From Ginkgo biloba (Eukaryota; Plantae; Ginkgophyta), in contig JANKJI020000004.1 of the NCBI GenBank assembly GCA_024626585.2, positions 149,363,219 through 149,392,502 of the forward strand: DNA of 29,284 bases. The letters are read 5' to 3'. The notes under the pieces are model-generated. The model was not told where the DNA came from. It saw nothing but the letters and a program-made list of their open reading frames with translations, and searched no databases. Both the position numbers and the translations under genes were made by a program. Within the stretch, counting starts at the first letter, position 1. Every line of letters starts with the position of its first letter. Below, piece after piece: positions 11,008 through 22,939 of the stretch.

Positions 11008-12115
11008 GCTAAAAAAGTAATGTACAACCCTTCTGATGCTAGATCTATTACTACANNNNNNNNNNNNNNNNNNNNNNNNNNNNNNNNNNNNNNNNNNNNN
11101 NNNNNNNNNNNNNNNNNNNNNNNNNNNNNNNNNNNNNNNNNNNNNNNNNNNNNNNNNNNNNNNNNNNNNNNNNNNNNNNNNNNNNNNNNNNNNNNNNNNN
11201 NNNNNNNNNNNNNNNNNNNNNNNNNNNNNNNNNNNNNNNNNNNNNNNNNNNNNNNNNNNNNNNNNNNNNNNNNNNNNNNNNNNNNNNNNNNNNNNNNNNN
11301 NNNNNNNNNNNNNNNNNNNNNNNNNNNNNNNNNNNNNNNNNNNNNNNNNNNNNNNNNNNNNNNNNNNNNNNNNNNNNNNNNNNNNNNNNNNNNNNNNNNN
11401 NNNNNNNNNNNNNNNNNNNNNNNNNNNNNNNNNNNNNNNNNNNNNNNNNNNNNNNNNNNNNNNNNNNNNNNNNNNNNNNNNNNNNNNNNNNNNNNNNNNN
11501 NNNNNNNNNNNNNNNNNNNNNNNNNNNNNNNNNNNNNNNNNNNNNNNNNNNNNNNNNNNNNNNNNNNNNNNNNNNNNNNNNNNNNNNNNNNNNNNNNNNN
11601 NNNNNNNNNNNNNNNNNNNNNNNNNNNNNNNNNNNNNNTATGAAGAGGACCTCAATTTCAAGAGAAAATGTTGTTGTCATAAATTCAAGATGTTGTGAAG
11701 TGGTTGCTATCAGAAATAGGTGGAACAACAACAGAGGTGGAGAAAAATGACCAGGTGACAAATCTGCTTATTGGCTAGAAGCAATATTTGTGAGAAGTAG
11801 ATGAGTCGAGGTAAGAAGAAGGACAAAGGGGAAATCCCAGTGGTAGAAGAAATGCCAAAACATGTTGCGCCTGAAATAGAATTTCATTACAAACACGGAG
11901 AAAATGCACAAAGAAGATACCAAAGATCTAAAGTTTGAACAAGGAAAGCTACAACATTTGATGGAGCTATTGAGGAAACATAAACTTATTATTTTGATTT
12001 TCAAAAGTAAATTTCGACGAAGTAAAGAAACTTTTCGAGGGGGAAGGGGGTAGTAGCAACAAAGGTTTTAAAAATTTTGTTGAATGGGGACGTTCAACTA
12101 TTGTGCCGGGAAATA

Positions 12116-12842
12116 TGTTGACAAGGAAAATAGACCAGCTTATTGTTATGGTTTTTCACTGTAATAACAGTGTTTATTTGTCAAAGAACACAAAGCATTT
12201 ATCGCACAACAATAATCATTTGTTAGTTTGCTAAAGTCATTCATCCATTTTCCTTAGTCGTTCGTTGACTATTGTAGTTGTTCATTGAACTTCTATTGGT
12301 CATTCACTGAACTTCTGTTGGTTGTTCGCCGAAATCATATACATTGTTCGTCAACTTTGGTACTATTGGTCATTGTTCGCTACAGATTAGAGACTTGTTT
12401 GTTGATAGTTAGTTAGCCCAAGTTAGCCTTAATTATGTGGTGTACCCCTTCAATTGTAACATCACCTCCTTTGGGGATCATTACCTTTTGACATGTATTT
12501 AATGTAAGCCATTTTGAGGCAAAGAATCTATCAAGGGAATGTAATCATCTATTAAAAGAAATATACAATCTAATTTATCTTTTTTCATAACCATCAAGTA
12601 TTCAATTCTGTAACAACAATCTTTTTAATGTATGAGAGTCGTTCTTCGATAATTTGCTTCCATGACTGTGTACACATAATTGATGTTATGATTCTTACTG
12701 TGCATGATTAGATTTGGACTTCGGGTTCCAACCACTCTAATGCAAAGTTGTTGGTGAGAGCAACATCCCGGTGTTAGGTCACAATGGTACTCCATTAACT
12801 ATGACGACTCTGTTGCTGTAAAGATTCTCTATGGAAGCAACA
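12116..12842 (+). repeat. 3' LTR (727 bp)
   Basis: TGTTGACA...GCAACA. Preceded by hairpin GTTGAATG-GGGA-CGTTCAAC (12079-12098) and a weak purine tract GGGAAATA. Confidence 0.92.
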
Positions 12843-13251
12843 CCCTCATCCCCTTTAAAAATTTTTGGTGTACAAAACTGGTGCTTCCCACCAAAGAATC
12901 CTTCCTTCCTCACTTTGATGCCAAGGTACTAAATTCCATACTCATTTGATGGCTTGGATACATTCTTCTAATTCTAAGACAGACACATTAAGCTTATAAG
13001 ATAAATTAGTATTCAAACCCATGCAATTCCCTATCGCCATGGTATTCATGATTAGAAGGTGATCCGAACCTATGATCAAGACTTCAACATTAACTATTTA
13101 GCAATGATTGGAGGAAAAGGTAGTTGTAGTAGTACTAGCATAAAATCCATCCAATCACACTTGAATGTGGCCATCCCCTTTTTGTCGGTTTGACCATGTG
13201 ACATGTGTACCAACCTCTAGTATCAAGTGTCTTTTGTGCACATGCTACATC
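12843..13251 (-). pseudogene. L1 LINE ORF2 APE endonuclease C-terminus (same LINE as 6429-8312)
   Basis: THVTWSNRQKGDGHIQV*LDGFYAS..GSDHLLI..YKLNVSVLELEECIQAIK*VWN..WWEA..RG*G continues in frame as KMLARTRRDHEK at 8307. Confidence 0.88.
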
Positions 13252-13340
13252 NNNNNNNNNNNNNNNNNNNNNNNNNNNNNNNNNNNNNNNNNNNNNNNNN
13301 NNNNNNNNNNNNNNNNNNNNNNNNNNNNNNNNNNNNNNNT

Positions 13341-14580
13341 ATTCGCTTAAAACCAAAGAAAAAGTATTGGTTGAGTTCCTAGACTTCATGTAACTAGTTC
13401 ATCATAAACTCGACTAATCCATCATTTGAATTCCCATCAATATTGAGTTCACCCTCCGTGTCAGGTCCAAGAAGGTCACCTCTCATCCAAAAATGATATG
13501 CGGATTCAGAGTATGAACTAGCCATTGATTCTATTGAAGTCATGGTACTCGAAGAACNNNNNNNNNNNNNNNNNNNNNNNNNNNNNNNNNNNNNNNNNNN
13601 NNNNNNNNNNNNNNNNNNNNNNNNNNNNNNNNNNNNNGAAAGAATACATTTTATAATATTGGATGGCCTTGGTGGCATGGAGCCACTCTCTCACCAAAAG
13701 TGCAGAATAGAAATGCCCACTAGATGGCATTCGAAGCACGACGAAATCTTGGAGAATGATAATGTCGTCTACATGGACAGGGATGTTTAGTATGACCACC
13801 ATGGGTCGGACCTTAGATTGGTCAGCCATTTTTAAAGTGAAACGGGTTGGTGAGAGGTTTGGCTTCTCAATCGCATCCTAGGTGCTTTCGGGTATGACAT
13901 TCACAATAGATCCAACATCCACAATTGCCCTCTTTATTTCACGTCTGTCGATCGTCAAGGAAACCTAAGGATCAACAACTAGATTAGGCTCCATCCACCA
14001 TAAAAGTTTATTTGTTTTCATCTTCTCTTCGCATGCCATAGAATGCCATAAACTAGGATACTAGAGCTCTAGTATTTTCGTAAGAGGTACCATTAGGTTT
14101 AGGTCCTCTACCAACTTTCTTAATACATTCATATTCTTGTTTCATGTAAGATGGTTGAAGTTTGTTTCTTTGGCTACTTGTTTAGATGATTACACTACAG
14201 AGTCTTCCTGTTCAATGGTAGCTTCCTTGGGTGGCTTGCAAACATATACCTTCATAACGTGCTATTTTTGTTTAATGCGGTCAATTTATTCTGTTGCCTT
14301 TTCTTGGCAAAGTCATTCAAGTTCTTTTGCTTTCTTCGTAGCTTCTCTTTTCTCTTGTGCTTCTTTAGCAACCTCATCAAGTGATTCCTTCGTAGCAATG
14401 AATTGATCCTTCTCCCTTTTGGGATTAAAGAAGTCTGTGTCTACCTATTTGGTATTTTTCTTCATTCTAAATCTCGTACAAACGTTTACATCATAGCTCT
14501 CTTCATTGTCCGAAGTTTGATTGAATAGGTTGGACCTTTTATCATTCTTGGGGCATTCCTTGGTTTTGTGTTCATCAAGG
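13341..14580 (-). pseudogene. Ty3/gypsy gag C-terminus plus aspartic protease, decayed
   Basis: IKRAIVDVGSIVNVIPEST*..FTLKMADQSKVRPM..QDFVVLRM..YSALLVREWLHATKA at about 13640-13980, followed by an S/E/D-rich linker. Confidence 0.85.
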
Positions 14581-15659
14581 NNNNNNNNNNNNNNNNNNNN
14601 NNNNNNNNNNNNNNNNNNNNNNNNNNNNNNNNNNNNNNNNNNNNNNNNNNNNNNNNNNNNNNNNNNNNNNNNNNNNNNNNGTTATAAATCCACATGGAAT
14701 TTTAATTAAGTGGATTGAGGACCAAATGTTGTAGTGTATTAAATGATTTGAACCTACTCGTGTCTTCCTATATCAGAAGCAAAATTACTTTTTGAATTCA
14801 ATGGTAATAACTTTTGAATGGGATGCTTTTCTCTCTAATCATTTACATTCTGATTTACAATATATCATATGCACAACTAAGGGCACTCACTTCTACAACT
14901 CATTTGTCGTAGTCTAATTCAATATGGGATGCACACCCCAAGGTACTCACTATGTCTACTTGTTTGACAGAGGCTAAATCTCTAATTTCGTAGTAAACTA
15001 CTATTCTTGCATTAGAAGATGTCTTAATGACCAACATGGATTGGTTTTATGAGTCCTCATCAACTAAATCACGTGTAGTAAAGCAAAAGTGCAACATAGT
15101 TTTCACTAGGGGCGTCATTTAGAAAAGACCATGACTTGAAGCTATTTTGACTTCATGATTAGCTATCACTCCATCATGTGTAGCTCCCACTCTTATTAAT
15201 GACCAACCTAGTGGCTAGATGGATCCTTCCCCTCATTCCACATTCGTAGGGACGAGGTTTAAGAAATAGTTACTATCACTTGTACATAGTGATAACTTCC
15301 TCCTCAAACTCTTTCTTCTATGAAGCGTTTGTACCACCTTCAATCTTCTATGAATTTGTTACTACTGTTGATGAAGAGATAAAGATAGTTCTAAATCACC
15401 AAATTCTTAAACAAGGGATTCTTCCCAAGCAAGCCTCCAAAGTAAATACTTCACTCTAAGGTACTAGTTATTTAAGATAAGTTATACCCCATTTGATATT
15501 TGAGTTAGAACACAAATGTCGATCATAGCCATAACATTTGATGAGGGCATTGAACGATGCTGAATAAAATTCTCACACTGTAGACTCTAGATTAAGTTTC
15601 TTACAATTACTTATTCAGGAAGGTGTTCAAGGTATTGGTGTTATTATTGAATTTTATAC

Positions 15660-15880
15660 TCAAATTCCATCTTATTTCGATGTATTATCAAGAACATTTT
15701 TTCAAATATCGAATAATTAACAACTTGAAATACCAATCATCCTCCAATTACAATGTGAACTGCAAGTTCTACACCATTCTCAAATTTTTGCTTCAAATAT
15801 CATACAAACCTTAACACACTATCTTTTCACTTTGACATCCATGTTTGATTACGGCAGTGCATTATCAAGTGGCATGCCAT
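15660..15880 (-). mobile_element. Protease-region fragment; family Y copy B
   Basis: aataattaacaacttgaaataccaatcatcctccaattacaat is shared with 26828-26870 and 4017-4060. The tail atccatgtttg..gcattatcaagtggcatg is shared with 26931-26971. Confidence 0.7.
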
Positions 15881-15980
15881 NNNNNNNNNNNNNNNNNNNN
15901 NNNNNNNNNNNNNNNNNNNNNNNNNNNNNNNNNNNNNNNNNNNNNNNNNNNNNNNNNNNNNNNNNNNNNNNNNNNNNNNN

Positions 15981-18002
15981 CTCCTATTGCCCCTTCATGT
16001 GGTTCTTGAATAATTTTTGGAATCTCATGTTTGACGACGCATCTTCACAATACTAAGTCGACACCCATTTGTATAATACTCCATTAATCAATTGGTAAGG
16101 CTTGAATTTTTTTGCTAGTTTGCATCGTTCTTTATTTTGTAATCCGGTTGGCTTTGCTCCAGTTGATAGATATTCCATGATTCCTTCATACCAATCAGGT
16201 ACAGTGGTAACATTGAAAAGGTAGGCATCCGGTAATCATCATTTATTTATGTTCCTTCTTCTCCAATATTGATATGTCACAATAGATCTAGTACATTGTG
16301 TTTAGCTCTAGGTTTGACGATCATGGAAAAGTTGTATTCTTGGAATAATAGTAACCAAGGATTGATCCTCCCTTGAAGAATTGGTTTATTGATTAAATAA
16401 AGTAATGCTTGATGGTCTGCATAAAAGGTAAATTTATTAGCGAGTAGACAATGGAAAAACTTCTACAAATAAATAAACCATCCCCAGGCCTTCTTGTTTT
16501 GTTACAGTATAGTTCTTTTCTGTCACTGAGTTCTTCCTATTGGTGAACTAGATCGAGTGGCCAATGACGTATTCCCCGAGATGGGCTAATATGCTTCCAA
16601 TTGCGTTTATGATGCATCGACGCGAACGTGAAATTCCTTTTGCCAATCTAGGTATTTCAATATTGGTGTTGAGACTATTTTATCTTTTAATGTTTGGAAT
16701 GCCAGCAGGTACTCTATTGTCCAAACGTATGCGGCTCCTTTCTTTAGTAATTTTGGTAGGCATGCCAAAATGTGACCGTAGTTTTGAAGGAAACATCAAT
16801 AATAAGCGATTAATCCAAGGAAGCCTTTTAGTTATGCAGTGGTCACCGGTTTTGAAAAGTTCAATATGAGTGCGACTTTATTTTGGCGGTCAGGATTCCT
16901 TCTTTGGTGATGATATGGCCCAATAAATTTCCAAACGGAACTAGGAACTTGCACTTCTTAGGAGTTAAACAAAGTCTGTTGTAAGGTCACTTTCGTTTTG
17001 GCTGCGCTCCTAATAGTTCGATGTGATATTCACCAAGTTCGACTAGAATCCCTTTCAAATATTTAATTGACTAGGCAAAAACGACCTTTTATTCTTTAAA
17101 TAATGATGTGGCTTGTGTGACCATGGAAGAATCCCAATAATCCCCAAGTGTTATGTGTCCCGGTTGTTCTTAAGTGATGATGTTGATTTTCTTAGTTTTC
17201 AAATCTTCGGAATGGACCGCTTTCTTGTCTGGTGTTAATATATGCGTTGGTGTCTCACTGATTTTACATTCTCCGTATTCCACTCTTATATAGCTGTCAC
17301 GAAATTGGGCGATTTCTGTGGTTTCAATTGTGTCATTCGGTAATTACTTCGGTTCTGGTTGTTGTCCGTCCTCCATTGTATCGCTTACCAAGGTCATACT
17401 ATAACAACATCGTAATATTTTGTTTGCCACGTATTCTATTTTTGTAGTTTTAGATTGGGTAGCATATTTGTCGAAATTTGTTATTAAGGCTTCCCAAATG
17501 ATTATCTTATTCATTTCTTGCTTACAATATCGGTCATATGTATTTCATTCCAATGAATGGGACCAACGGTGACTCCATTCAGACCTTGGTATACTGTGTC
17601 TCCTCCACTCTTTTTGGCATTGTTTAATGTGATCCACGATTGAGATATTGTTGCCATAGATGGGTAGTTTTGGCAAGTGTTTGTCAAATCGTAAGTGAAT
17701 TTTTTGTTATAAATTAGACCAATCTCGTAATTCCACTCTATGAAATTATGCCTCGCAGTGTATGTGGGATTAATGCACGCCACTTGTCTTGATCCTGAAG
17801 CCCTTGTTGTGTCCATGACCTAATGCAATTGTCATAGTGTTGTTTGGTAGTTTTGGAAGGAGAAGAATGCTCGAATGTTGCAATTTATCGTGTTAATGAC
17901 GGTGATTAATGGGAACGTTTGAGATGATTCGTTCTTCTTCTTTGCCTTCTTTGTTGTCCTATGATTCTGTGTCCTCAATTATCTCTTCAATTGCTTCTTC
18001 TT
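15981..18002 (-). pseudogene. Ty3/gypsy (non-chromovirus) pol: linker, RT with core deleted, RNase H, start of integrase
   Basis: LGDYWD..FKE*KVVFA*SIKYLKGI..HIEL..RK*PY / NRLCLTPKKCKF..LLGHIITKEG..KGFLGLIAYY..PILKYLDWQKEFHVRVDAS..EKNYTVT..FTFYADHQALLYLINKP..WLLLFQEYNF..PDWYEGI..LYKMGVD..IIQEPHEG. Confidence 0.93.
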
Positions 18003-18102
18003 NNNNNNNNNNNNNNNNNNNNNNNNNNNNNNNNNNNNNNNNNNNNNNNNNNNNNNNNNNNNNNNNNNNNNNNNNNNNNNNNNNNNNNNNNNNNNNNNNN
18101 NN

Positions 18103-19903
18103 ATTATTACTAACATAACCTAATTCTAACATGACTAACATTTATTATTACTACTAAAATTAAATGTTGTTAGTACAAAATAAATATTATATTCTAACAC
18201 CAATTCACCTCTACTCAAGACAACCAAATTTGCCTTAGAACTTGATGGTAATTATGTTCACTCCAAAGTCACTAAAGAGGCACCCCACAAAGGGCACAAC
18301 ATGCATTAAGAACTACTTTTCCATGCTTTGGAGCAAGATCCAGAGTCCAAAATATTTGGTGCATGAGATTGCATTAGACTCACAGAAGGTTGTCCCATCA
18401 CTCACTAACGAATTATGTGCCACAAAAATGGATTTGGTTGAGTACAAAAAGTAATTGACTCCAAGGAAGAGGTGGTTCTTAATTAAATAACATGAAATAG
18501 GAGTTGTCAAGGTGTAAAGAGAAAATCCGAGATGAATTTCAAGGAACTCATGAACAATTTCAAGATGACATCCATGAAGAAATTCTTGTTCAAAGTCATA
18601 CTAAACTAGTATTGGTTTTTCCAAATCATTTTCAAGGTGGCAATGTATTGTGTCATGCAAGGCTTGACATATGCTTTGCCTTTTCTCCGTAGGATCTAGA
18701 TAATATTATCTACGACTTCAAATGTCAATATTCCATTTGATATGTAATTTAATTACCCATTCCTATTCACACTTGTCCTATAGTAATAATACCAATCCTC
18801 AAATAAAAAACATTGCTCAAATTAATATTTGGAGCAACTACTCTTGTAAAGGAATTAATTGTTCTATCTTTATTCAAATAATTTTTGGAATCACAATCCT
18901 TGGTGTGCATTGTGCAAGGCATGATGAACCTTTCACTTACAAGGCATACCTTCATTTGATGCCTTCATCCATTCCATATATAACATCAAGATGACATGAA
19001 AGTTAATTGAATACTAGTAGCAACATCAAGGCCTAGTAAAGTCCCATTGTGAACTCAAAGTAATATCAACTAGGAAACAACCAAAACTTCCTCTCCAAAA
19101 TTCCAAGATAAAATCTCAATCCTTATCAATATTCATTTGTGCCAAGAGTTTCCCTTTGATCATTACATGCACAACACTTAAAATTGTGGTTACTCTTTGA
19201 ACATCCTACGTCATTCCTAGTAGAATCCTAATTCAAGCAATCAATTCTAGTACGTCCATCTTCTATTACATCTAATACATCATATATCCTTCCGCAACCT
19301 TTCTGAAAAGATGCCTTTACAATCTTCCCATATTTTCCTACAAAATTTTATCTCTTGTAACTTATAGTTTTATCATAACTTCCAACAAAGCAATTGAATT
19401 TTACTTCATATAGAATTACCACATTCAAACAATTGTATGTTCATTTCCAACTCAATTCTTCAAATGAATATTTAAAATATTCAACATTTTGGCATGCAAA
19501 TATCTCCCATGAAAACTCTTTAAATCTCCTCTTTAGTTCCTAGATTTTGTTCTTTTATTTTAAATGGTTGTTGGTGTACCACACTAATATTTCCATCATG
19601 TTTAGCTTATTCTTTCACTTCCCTTTCTTCAATTATTTTCTTCTTAGAAACATGCAAGCACCACATAGCCACACATTCATCTACTTCATCCACTTAATAA
19701 GAGTTTTTTCAACACATACTCTTTTCTTCATTTCATAGAAAATTTCTTGTTTGTCGAAAGAAATCTTCGAATTGTTTGCAAATCATGATCAACACAAATG
19801 CTTTAAACAATATTTCTTGCAAATTAGTTCAAATTTTATGCTCTATTCATAGCTTCTTTCTCTAATACCACTCATTTGGATACTCCCATGATTTAGTTAC
19901 AAA
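18103..19903 (-). mobile_element. Internal 3' region plus probable 3' LTR start; family Y copy C
   Basis: 19381-19903 aligns to 3392-3930. On the minus strand a degenerate purine tract GAGTAGAGGTGAA precedes TGTTAGAAT starting at 18199. No RT, RH or INT catalytic motifs are recognisable in between. Confidence 0.65.
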
Positions 19904-20198
19904 AGCATAGGAAAATAATACTTTGTCCTTCATTAGTTCCCATGCACCATTGTTTGTATTTTTATTTTGATCCTTTTCTGAGTCGAAGCTAGAAGATGAT
20001 ACTTCTTTGTTGACTAAATTATGGATTAAGTCGATGCCTAAACACTTGTTCCCATTTTTTATGGATAGTGTGTTCTTTTCCCAATGTTGAATTACTTGGG
20101 CATTTGAGATCCATGGTCCTAATAATGGAGCATATACAACAACACTTGGAATTACGGGTATGACCATGAAATCCACTTGAAAAGTCTACTCTGCAATG
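19904..20198 (-). pseudogene. Gypsy aspartic protease C-terminal fragment plus linker
   Basis: TFQVDFMVIPV..YAPLLGPWISNAQVIQHWEKNTLSIKNG matches DFxV..LLGRPWL..A...W. Confidence 0.75.
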
Positions 20199-20329
20199 AN
20201 NNNNNNNNNNNNNNNNNNNNNNNNNNNNNNNNNNNNNNNNNNNNNNNNNNNNNNNNNNNNNNNNNNNNNNNNNNNNNNNNNNNNNNNNNNNNNNNNNNNT
20301 ATGATATATTATATATATATATATATTTT

Positions 20330-20432
20330 TTTTGAAACCCTAAAATTTATCGCTCCCCCATATCTCAAAATTTTGAAAATTGTTGTTTCCTACTCCTACT
20401 CCCGTTCCTACTCCCGTTTCCTGGTAACTAAG
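20330..20432 (-). mobile_element. Possible DNA-transposon (hAT-like) terminus
   Basis: Minus strand reads CTTAGTTACCAGGAAACGGGAGTAGGAACGGGAGTAGGAGTAGGAAAC, with 6-bp subterminal repeats including AAACGG. The partner end is not visible (gap upstream). Confidence 0.4.
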
Positions 20433-21339
20433 ACCAAAGGTTTTAGTGTTTCTCTGATTTAACTCATAACTATTCTTTATTACTACTTATCTTGGATTTT
20501 TATTACTCTGGACTTTATATTTATCTTGTAGCGGGCTTGTAGCATGGATTGTAGTTAATGGTGGCCATTATCTCTCCCAACAATACCATGCAATAGTGGT
20601 TTGATTATTATATAACTTACTTCTTATTGGACCTAGTATTTATAAGTACATTTGCTTGGCCTTATCCAACTCGTTTATGTAATTGTCTTTCTTGCAAACA
20701 TGATATAATAATTGTCCCTTTAGGTAAATGTAGCAACTGATATGGTTGTAATAATTCATTCTTATTAAGTGCTTATCTTCCTCCCCATCCTAATTCAACT
20801 TGTGCTCAAATGAGTAAATCTGACTATTACTATAGTTGATTCAATCTTATTTCTATTGTAGATTATTTAACCTCTTAATATATTATTGTGGTTGGTTTGT
20901 CTAATGTGCCATTTGATTTTATAAGTGCCTTGTAGACACTTATACCTATTATTGTAATCAATCATTCATCCTTGTAAATTTTAATAGTATTAATTATTCT
21001 AGTTATTTATTTATTATTATGGTTTGATTGTTAAAACTTGAATTTTTATGGACGGTTGGTACTTCTAATCTTGATTGCACCTAGGTAGTTTGTTGATCAA
21101 ACTATCTAACTATTATTGTGATTTTTTTTCTCTAATCTTATAACCTTTGTTAGAGCTATCTCATCTAATCACATAAAAATCATTAACGTGGCTTGTAGAA
21201 CCCCTGCGTTGTCCTTAATATTGTATTTGGAATCTCTTAATAGAAGGCCAACTAGAAGGAATTAATTATCTAGACTAATTACATTAAATAGACCACCTAC
21301 TCTACTAGGTAAGTCTGTCAATGTATTCTTAAATAAGGA

Positions 21340-22355
21340 AAATATTAAATTCTCTGCTAAATTTATGGCTATATTTACCATTATGGGGTACTTTATGGGG
21401 CATATTCCATTTGATTCTAGGTTATAGTCTTAATTTTTTCAGACTTGGGGCAATGTTGTCAGGTTGATTAAGTTTTAAGGATAGGGATGGATGCCTTTTT
21501 TCTTATCCTTTAGTGATGTTGTAGACATGGTGTTAGGCATAGGTTTATGGTTGTGTTGTGGTCCAACATTGGTCCTTTAGTGGTGGGATGTCTGTTTTGA
21601 TGTGTTTACGTCGAATGGATTGCGTTGCAAAGACTCCCACTTCACCTATGGGAGTTTTTAAATGAAATTTACAAATGTATAGACAAAATTATTCTATAGC
21701 CTACTAAGGCAATTAGTGCACAAACTGATCCTAAAGTTTGTGTAGAAATTAACCTTTCTAAGCCCCTTCTTATGATTAAATATATATGTTTTATGAGATT
21801 CATGTTCATAAACTACATGTGAGTTATTTTAATTTATCACTCTCTTATTTTAGATCCCACAAGATGGGGTATTTCATTAAGGATTGCCCTCTTCCAACTC
21901 TACCTAGCAAATCTTCTTTATCTAAAAATATTAATCCTGATATCACTATTAAGAGTAATACCCAAATATTGTCTACTAAAAATTCTAAATCCCCCCTAAT
22001 TACTTCTTATATGATTGCTTCTCCACCTACTTCTACTACTTCTAATACAAATATGTCTTTTTCCAAATTAACTACTCACCCTTCTTTAGATTCTAACCAA
22101 GTTATGGTTGTTGATGATTCCTTCACGCTTGCTTCAAATGTATGAGTCAATCCTAAATCAAATATTATTTATATTAATGGACCCTCTTTTGTATTAAATG
22201 GCTATGCCTCCAAAATTTCCTTTCCCACTTTTCCAGTTTGTCTCTCTTTGTAGGAGGGGTGGTTAAAAGAATGAGTAATTACCCTCCTAAAATGATTATC
22301 AATATTAAATATAAAATTAGGGTGGATAAGGAAAAATATTCCCTAATTGATTCTC
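21340..22355 (+). pseudogene. L1 LINE ORF1 (DUF4283/RRM-like plus CCHC knuckle), decayed
   Basis: IMGYFMGHIP..QTWG..GWMPF..VLGIGLW..TLVL*WWDVCFD..WIALQRLPLHLWEFL..PKVCVEINLSKPL..YFRSHKMGYFIKDCP, then an S/T/P-rich tail. Confidence 0.85.
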
Positions 22356-22939
22356 NNNNNNNNNNNNNNNNNNNNNNNNNNNNNNNNNNNNNNNNNNNNN
22401 NNNNNNNNNNNNNNNNNNNNNNNNNNNNNNNNNNNNNNNNNNNNNNNNNNNNNNNNNNNNNNNNNNNNNNNNNNNNNNNNNNNNNNNNNNNNNNNNNNNN
22501 NNNNNNNNNNNNNNNNNNNNNNNNNNNNNNNNNNNNNNNNNNNNNNNNNNNNNNNNNNNNNNNNNNNNNNNNNNNNNNNNNNNNNNNNNNNNNNNNNNNN
22601 NNNNNNNNNNNNNNNNNNNNNNNNNNNNNNNNNNNNNNNNNNNNNNNNNNNNNNNNNNNNNNNNNNNNNNNNNNNNNNNNNNNNNNNNNNNNNNNNNNNN
22701 NNNNNNNNNNNNNNNNNNNNNNNNNNNNNNNNNNNNNNNNNNNNNNNNNNNNNNNNNNNNNNNNNNNNNNNNNNNNNNNNNNNNNNNNNNNNNNNNNNNN
22801 NNNNNNNNNNNNNNNNNNNNNNNNNNNNNNNNNNNNNNNNNNNNNNNNNNNNNNNNNNNNNNNNNNNNNNNNNNNNNNNNNNNNNNNNNNNNNNNNNNNN
22901 NNNNNNNNNNNNNNNNNNNNNNNNNNNNNNNNNNNCATC

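Larger units (their letters stand above)
8313..12842 (+). mobile_element. Complete two-LTR Ty3/gypsy-derived element (gag plus protease, no visible RT/RH/INT; TR-GAG-like) inserted in the LINE
   Basis: Direct repeats at 8313-9060 and 12116-12842. Flanks CCTCC (8308-8312) and CCCTC (12843-12847) fit a decayed 5-bp TSD. The LINE reading frame rejoins across the element. Confidence 0.88.

Noticed and set aside
14681-15650. Unassigned region with a possible LTR start TGTAGTG at 14730
   Set aside because: No partner repeat, PBS, PPT or protein motif could be supported.
16564-16869. 101-aa plus-strand ORF, and similar short ORFs at 7264, 8111 and 25143
   Set aside because: Antisense shadows of minus-strand retroelement coding regions, with no independent motifs.
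17720-17770. Faint Nudix-like look of TARHNFIEWNYEIGL
   Set aside because: It lacks the GX5EX7REUXEEXGU signature, so it is too weak to call.
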